Positions 58,785-64,000 of a stretch of 64,000 nt of DNA are shown here, piece by piece. The number at the start of each line of letters is the position of its first letter. The first letter of the stretch is position 1. The notes below the pieces were generated by a model, which saw nothing but the letters and a program-made list of their open reading frames with translations, did not search any database and was not told the DNA's origin. Made by a program: the position numbers and the translations under genes. Source of the stretch: Flectonema sp. DT1601 (Eukaryota); the NCBI GenBank assembly GCA_964019425.1, contig OZ025800.1:434001-498000 (forward strand). Reading direction: 5' to 3'.

Positions 58785-60193
58785 AATAAACAATGTTATC
58801 ATTGTTTTTTTTTATCGATCGACTTTGTCGACTAATTTCTATTTTCCGTCCTGGTCAAGACGCTAAACTGATTATTTTTTTCTTTAAAAAATAAATAAAA
58901 AGAATAAAAAAAAAAAAAAAAAAAAATGAATAAACAATGTTATCATTGGTTCTTATCGATCGACTTTGTCGACTAATTTCTATTTTCCGTCCTGGTCAAG
59001 ACGCTAAACTGATTGTTTATTCCTTTAAAAAATAAATAAAAGATATAAAAAAAAAAAAAAAAAAAAAAGAAATAAACAATGTTATCATTGTTTTTTTTAT
59101 CGATCGACTTTGTCGATTACTGTCTACTTTCCGTCCTGGTCAAGACGCTAAACTGATTTTTTTTTTTTTTTTAAAAATTAATAAAAAGAATATAAAAAAA
59201 AAAAAAAAAAAAAAATGAATAAACAATGTTATCATTGTTTCTTATCGATCGACTTTGTCGACTAATTTCTATTTTCCGTCCTGGTCAGGACGCTAAACTG
59301 ATTGTTTTTTCTTTAAAAAATAAATAAAAAGATAAATAAAAAAAAAAAAAAAAAAAGGAATAAACAATGTTATCATTGTTTTTTTTATCGATCGACTATG
59401 TCGATTACTTTCTATTTTCCGTCCTGGTCAGGACGCTAAACTGATTGTTTTTTCTTTAAGAAATAAATAAAAAGTTAAAAAAAAAAAAAAAAAAAAAAAA
59501 GGAATAAACAATGTTATCATTGTTTTTTTTTTATCGATCGACTATGTCGATTACTTTCTATTTTCTGTCCTGGTCAAGACGCTAAACGGAAGTTTTTTCT
59601 TTAAAATAATTAAAAGGATTTAAAAAAAAAAAAAAAAAAAAAAAAAGAATAAACAATGTTATCATTGTTTTTTTTTCTATCGATCGACTATGTCGATTAA
59701 TTTCTATTTTCCGTCCTGATCGAGACACTAAACTGATTGTTTCCTTTTTTTTTAAATAATAAATAAAAAAAAAAAAATAAAAAAAAAAAAAAAAAAGAGC
59801 ATCTCCCTGCTATCCCTCATATCCCCACAATAATATTATACCTTTTCATTTTCTCTTTCCTTTTCTGGTCTTTATTTTTTTTTTCCTTTTTCATACAACG
59901 TTTTTTTATTTATATATATTTTTTTTTTTTTTTTCATGTTTGATTATTTCCTCTTCATATTTTTTTTTCTTTTTTCTTTTCTTTCTTTTTTTTCTTTTTT
60001 TTCTCTGCCTCTCTCTTAATTCTGTTCGTTTCTTTGAAACGAAAATTCATTTGAATATTATTCCTTGGTCAGCAACCATCATTGTCGCCCTTTGGGCCTG
60101 TTAAAAAAAATAAAAAATAAAAAGAAAGTTTACATCGGGAATAGGGCAGGAGCCAAAAGCTCCCAGTCCGTTACTTCCCACTTTATCGAAATT
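58351..60193 (+). mobile_element. Hairpin-satellite element copy inserted into the RT-RNase H ORF
   Basis: Satellite array plus the same 3' module ending ATCGAAATT. Excision restores FARMA-D-ITWKPSDTVD in frame. Confidence 0.75.
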
Positions 60194-60705
60194 CTGCCAT
60201 TCTGGCAAAGGAGTCCATCCTCTCAGCTGCGCATTTAACCTTCTCCTTGGGACCAAATAACCTAATGTTATCAATCCACCAGTGAATCCCAACTTCCTCC
60301 TCCGCAAATTCTTTCTTAACGAACAGCGGGTCACCAGCAACTACTGCAGCGATGGTGTTCATCAGTTCTGGGGCACACACATGACCCATCGGAAGTCGAG
60401 TCAAAGAATAAACCTTCCCAGCTGAATCAGAGAAACTGAAGAGTGAAGTTGACTCCTCAGGTATGCAGACCTGGTAGAATCCAGTCTTGAAGTCCCTGCA
60501 GGATGCCACCTCCGAATGTACAGCATCCAGGTAACAAGAAATGTGCTGCAGTGTAACGAATGGTTCATATCCCCCAGACGAGATCAGTTCGTTCTGCTCT
60601 TTTGTCCAGAGGATGAACCGCTGTCTGTTCCCCGTCTCCCTCTCCTCATACACTGTAAATGGTACATTCCGAGACAGCGGTACAGAATCACTCGGCACTG
60701 CAAAG
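60194..60705 (-). pseudogene. Reverse transcriptase core fragment (VIPER/TATE-like)
   Basis: FTVYE...RQRFILWT, DFKTGFYQV, RLPMGHVCAPELM, WIDNI (YxDD-equivalent). Confidence 0.85.
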
Positions 60706-62702
60706 GTGTTAACCTAGTTTCTCTTTTCCTTTTCAATTTCCTTTTAATACTCTCTATCTGGTCTGTTATGTCATATTTCTCATTTAATCTTATCATCCAT
60801 TTTACTTTTCACTGTTTCCCATCTACATTTTATTTTCAAATAGTTACGGTCTGTTAAAAAAAAAAAAAAGTTTAAATAAGTTAAATTGAACATGTTAACT
60901 CAATTCCTCAATTCTTCCGTCATGGTCATGACATTCTTTTTCGTTTCTCTAATGCACAAGAGATACCATCACTCATGAGATACCAACGCACATACGAGAT
61001 ACCAGCACTCCAGAGATACCGACACGCTAGAGATACCAAGTCACTTGAGATACCTCCTTGTAAATTAATTCCCGGTATTTCAAATTTGAATTGATAGTGT
61101 CAACTCTGCTTGCTGCTCTTGTTAATGTGTTGTCTCCTGAAAGTGACCTTAACTCCTGTAAAAAGAAAAAAAAAAAAGAAATCAAAAAAGAAGAATTTTC
61201 AAACGAAGTTATAACAACCCCTACCACCCATTATGATCAATTCCGCTTGTTTTTTTTTTTTTTTTTTTTAAAACAAAAAAAAAAATAAAAAATTATAAAA
61301 GATTAAACAATGTTATCATTGTATTTTTATCGATCGACTATGTCGATTACTTTCTATTTTCCGTCCTGGTCAAGACGCTAAACTGATTGTTTTTTTTTTT
61401 TTTTTTTTTTCAAAATTAATAAAAAAGAATATAAAAAAAAAAAATAAAAAAAAGAATAAACAATGTTATCATTGTTTTTTTATCGTTCGACTTTGTCGAC
61501 TAATTTCTATTTTCCGTTTTTTTTTTCTTAAAAATAAAGAATAAAAAGAATTTAAAAAAAAAAAAAAAAAAAAAAAAAGAATAAACAATGTTATCATTGT
61601 TTTTTTTATCGATCGACTTTGTCGATTACTGTCTACTTTCCGTCCTGGTCAAGACGCTAAACTGATTTTTTTTTTTTTTTTAAAAATTAATAAAAAGAAT
61701 ATAAAAAAAAAAAAAAAAAAAAAATGAATAAACAATGTTATCATTGTTTCTTATCGATCGACTTTGTCGACTAATTTCTATTTTCCGTCCTGGTCAGGAC
61801 GCTAAACTGATTGTTTTTTCTTTAAAAAATAAATAAAAAGATAAATAAAAAAAAAAAAAAAAAAAGGAATAAACAATGTTATCATTGTTTTTTTTATCGA
61901 TCGACTATGTCGATTACTTTCTATTTTCCGTCCTGGTCAGGACGCTAAACTGATTGTTTTTTCTTTAAGAAATAAATAAAAAGTTAAAAAAAAAAAAAAA
62001 AAAAAAAAAGGAATAAACAATGTTATCATTGTTTTTTTTTTATCGATCGACTATGTCGATTACTTTCTATTTTCTGTCCTGGTCAAGACGCTAAACGGAA
62101 GTTTTTTCTTTAAAATAATTAAAAGGATTTAAAAAAAAAAAAAAAAAAAAAAAAAGAATAAACAATGTTATCATTGTTTTTTTTTCTATCGATCGACTAT
62201 GTCGATTAATTTCTATTTTCCGTCCTGATCGAGACACTAAACTGATTGTTTCCTTTTTTTTTAAATAATAAATAAAAAAAAAAAAATAAAAAAAAAAAAA
62301 AAAAAGAGCATCTCCCTGCTATCCCTCATATCCCCACAATAATATTATACCTTTTCATTTTCTCTTTCCTTTTCTGGTCTTTATTTTTTTTTTCCTTTTT
62401 CATACAACGTTTTTTTATTTATATATATTTTTTTTTTTTTTTTCATGTTTGATTATTTCCTCTTCATATTTTTTTTTCTTTTTTCTTTTCTTTCTTTTTT
62501 TTCTTTTTTTTCTCTGCCTCTCTCTTAATTCTGTTCGTTTCTTTGAAACGAAAATTCATTTGAATATTATTCCTTGGTCAGCAACCATCATTGTCGCCCT
62601 TTGGGCCTGTTAAAAAAAATAAAAAATAAAAAGAAAGTTTACATCGGGAATAGGGCAGGAGCCAAAAGCTCCCAGTCCGTTACTTCCCACTTTATCGAAA
62701 TT
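60706..62702 (+). mobile_element. Hairpin-satellite element copy (GAGATACC module, satellite, 3' module)
   Basis: Matches the long copy from 51273 onward and ends at the same ATCGAAATT. Confidence 0.7.
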
Positions 62703-63214
62703 CTGCCATTCTGGCAAAGGAGTCCATCCTCTCAGCTGCGCATTTAACCTTCTCCTTGGGACCAAATAACCTAATGTTATCAATCCACCAGTGAATCCCA
62801 ACTTCCTCCTCCGCAAATTCTTTCTTAACGAACAGCGGGTCACCAGCAACTACTGCAGCGATGGTGTTCATCAGTTCTGGGGCACACACATGACCCATCG
62901 GAAGTCGAGTCAAAGAATAAACCTTCCCAGCTGAATCAGAGAAACTGAAGAGTGAAGTTGACTCCTCAGGTATGCAGACCTGGTAGAATCCAGTCTTGAA
63001 GTCCCTGCAGGATGCCACCTCCGAATGTACAGCATCCAGGTAACAAGAAATGTGCTGCAGTGTAACGAATGGTTCATATCCCCCAGACGAGATCAGTTCG
63101 TTCTGCTCTTTTGTCCAGAGGATGAACCGCTGTCTGTTCCCCGTCTCCCTCTCCTCATACACTGTAAATGGTACATTCCGAGACAGCGGTACAGAATCAC
63201 TCGGCACTGCAAAG
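62703..63214 (-). pseudogene. Duplicate RT core fragment
   Basis: Same translation as 60194-60705 at offset 2509. Confidence 0.85.
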
Positions 63215-64000
63215 GTGTTAACCTAGTTTCTCTTTTCCTTTTCAATTTCCTTTTAATACTCTCTATCTGGTCTGTTATGTCATATTTCTCATTTAATCTT
63301 ATCATCCATTTTACTTTTCACTGTTTCCCATCTACATTTTATTTTCAAATAGTTACGGTCTGTTAAAAAAAAAAAAAAGTTTAAATAAGTTAAATTGAAC
63401 ATGTTAACTCAATTCCTCAATTCTTCCGTCATGGTCATGACATTCTTTTTCGTTTCTCTAATGCACAAGAGATACCATCACTCATGAGATACCAACGCAC
63501 ATACGAGATACCAGCACTCCAGAGATACCGACACGCTAGAGATACCAAGTCACTTGAGATACCTCCTTGTAAATTAATTCCCGGTATTTCAAATTTGAAT
63601 TGATAGTGTCAACTCTGCTTGCTGCTCTTGTTAATGTGTTGTCTCCTGAAAGTGACCTTAACTCCTGTAAAAAGAAAAAAAAAAAAGAAATCAAAAAAGA
63701 AGAATTTTCAAACGAAGTTATAACAACCCCTACCACCCATTATGATCAATTCCGCTTGTTTTTTTTTTTTTTTTTTTTAAAACAAAAAAAAAAATAAAAA
63801 ATTATAAAAGATTAAACAATGTTATCATTGTATTTTTATCGATCGACTATGTCGATTACTTTCTATTTTCCGTCCTGGTCAAGACGCTAAACTGATTGTT
63901 TTTTTTTTTTTTTTTTTTTCAAAATTAATAAAAAAGAATATAAAAAAAAAAAATAAAAAAAAGAATAAACAATGTTATCATTGTTTTTTTATCGTTCGAC
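63215..64000 (+). mobile_element. Further hairpin-satellite element copy, running off the window
   Basis: Matches 60706 onward at offset 2509. Confidence 0.7.

Noticed and set aside
58351..63214. Retron/DRT-like system of RT plus structured ncRNA array
   Set aside because: The RT is a truncated piece that rejoins the RNase H ORF in frame, so the adjacency is explained by insertion into a DIRS-order element.
45631..64000. CRISPR array interpretation of the palindromic repeats
   Set aside because: Sequences between the hairpins are A/T homopolymers, not unique spacers. No cas genes are present and the context is eukaryotic.

Overview
Eukaryotic, AT-rich genomic DNA, most likely a euglenozoan such as a diplonemid. 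This is inferred from about 15 protein genes co-oriented on the minus strand, short GT-AG introns, and VIPER/TATE-type retroelement pieces. The window has three zones. (1) 1.8-5.8 kb: two tandem 1973-bp TIR transposons sit in poly-G tracts. Each carries a decayed ORF with the ordered motifs of a TnpB/Fanzor RNA-guided nuclease (IDP, VDEF, CxxC..CxxC, NRxVNAAxxI), followed by a fast-diverging non-coding segment that is a candidate omega/fRNA. (2) 7-42.7 kb: a unidirectional gene cluster (DUF1769-SH3, PQ-loop, lipase-FYVE, NHP2, riboflavin kinase, COX15, DHHS-variant palmitoyltransferase, Gln-dependent NAD synthetase, macro-domain protein, Rab7, a 2817-aa protein), plus tRNA-Val(AAC) with a candidate divergent Pol III ncRNA. 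(3) 43-64 kb: a repeat block. It holds a hAT-like TIR element, a 31-bp minisatellite, a tyrosine-recombinase-type retroelement (RT, RNase H, split direct repeats, tRNA-like sequence), and an unclassified mobile element. That element has a fixed hairpin-bearing 3' end, variable 5' ends and internal arrays of a triple-hairpin satellite. One copy splits the RT-RNase H ORF in frame-restorable fashion. All family calls come from motif recognition by eye; no database search was run.
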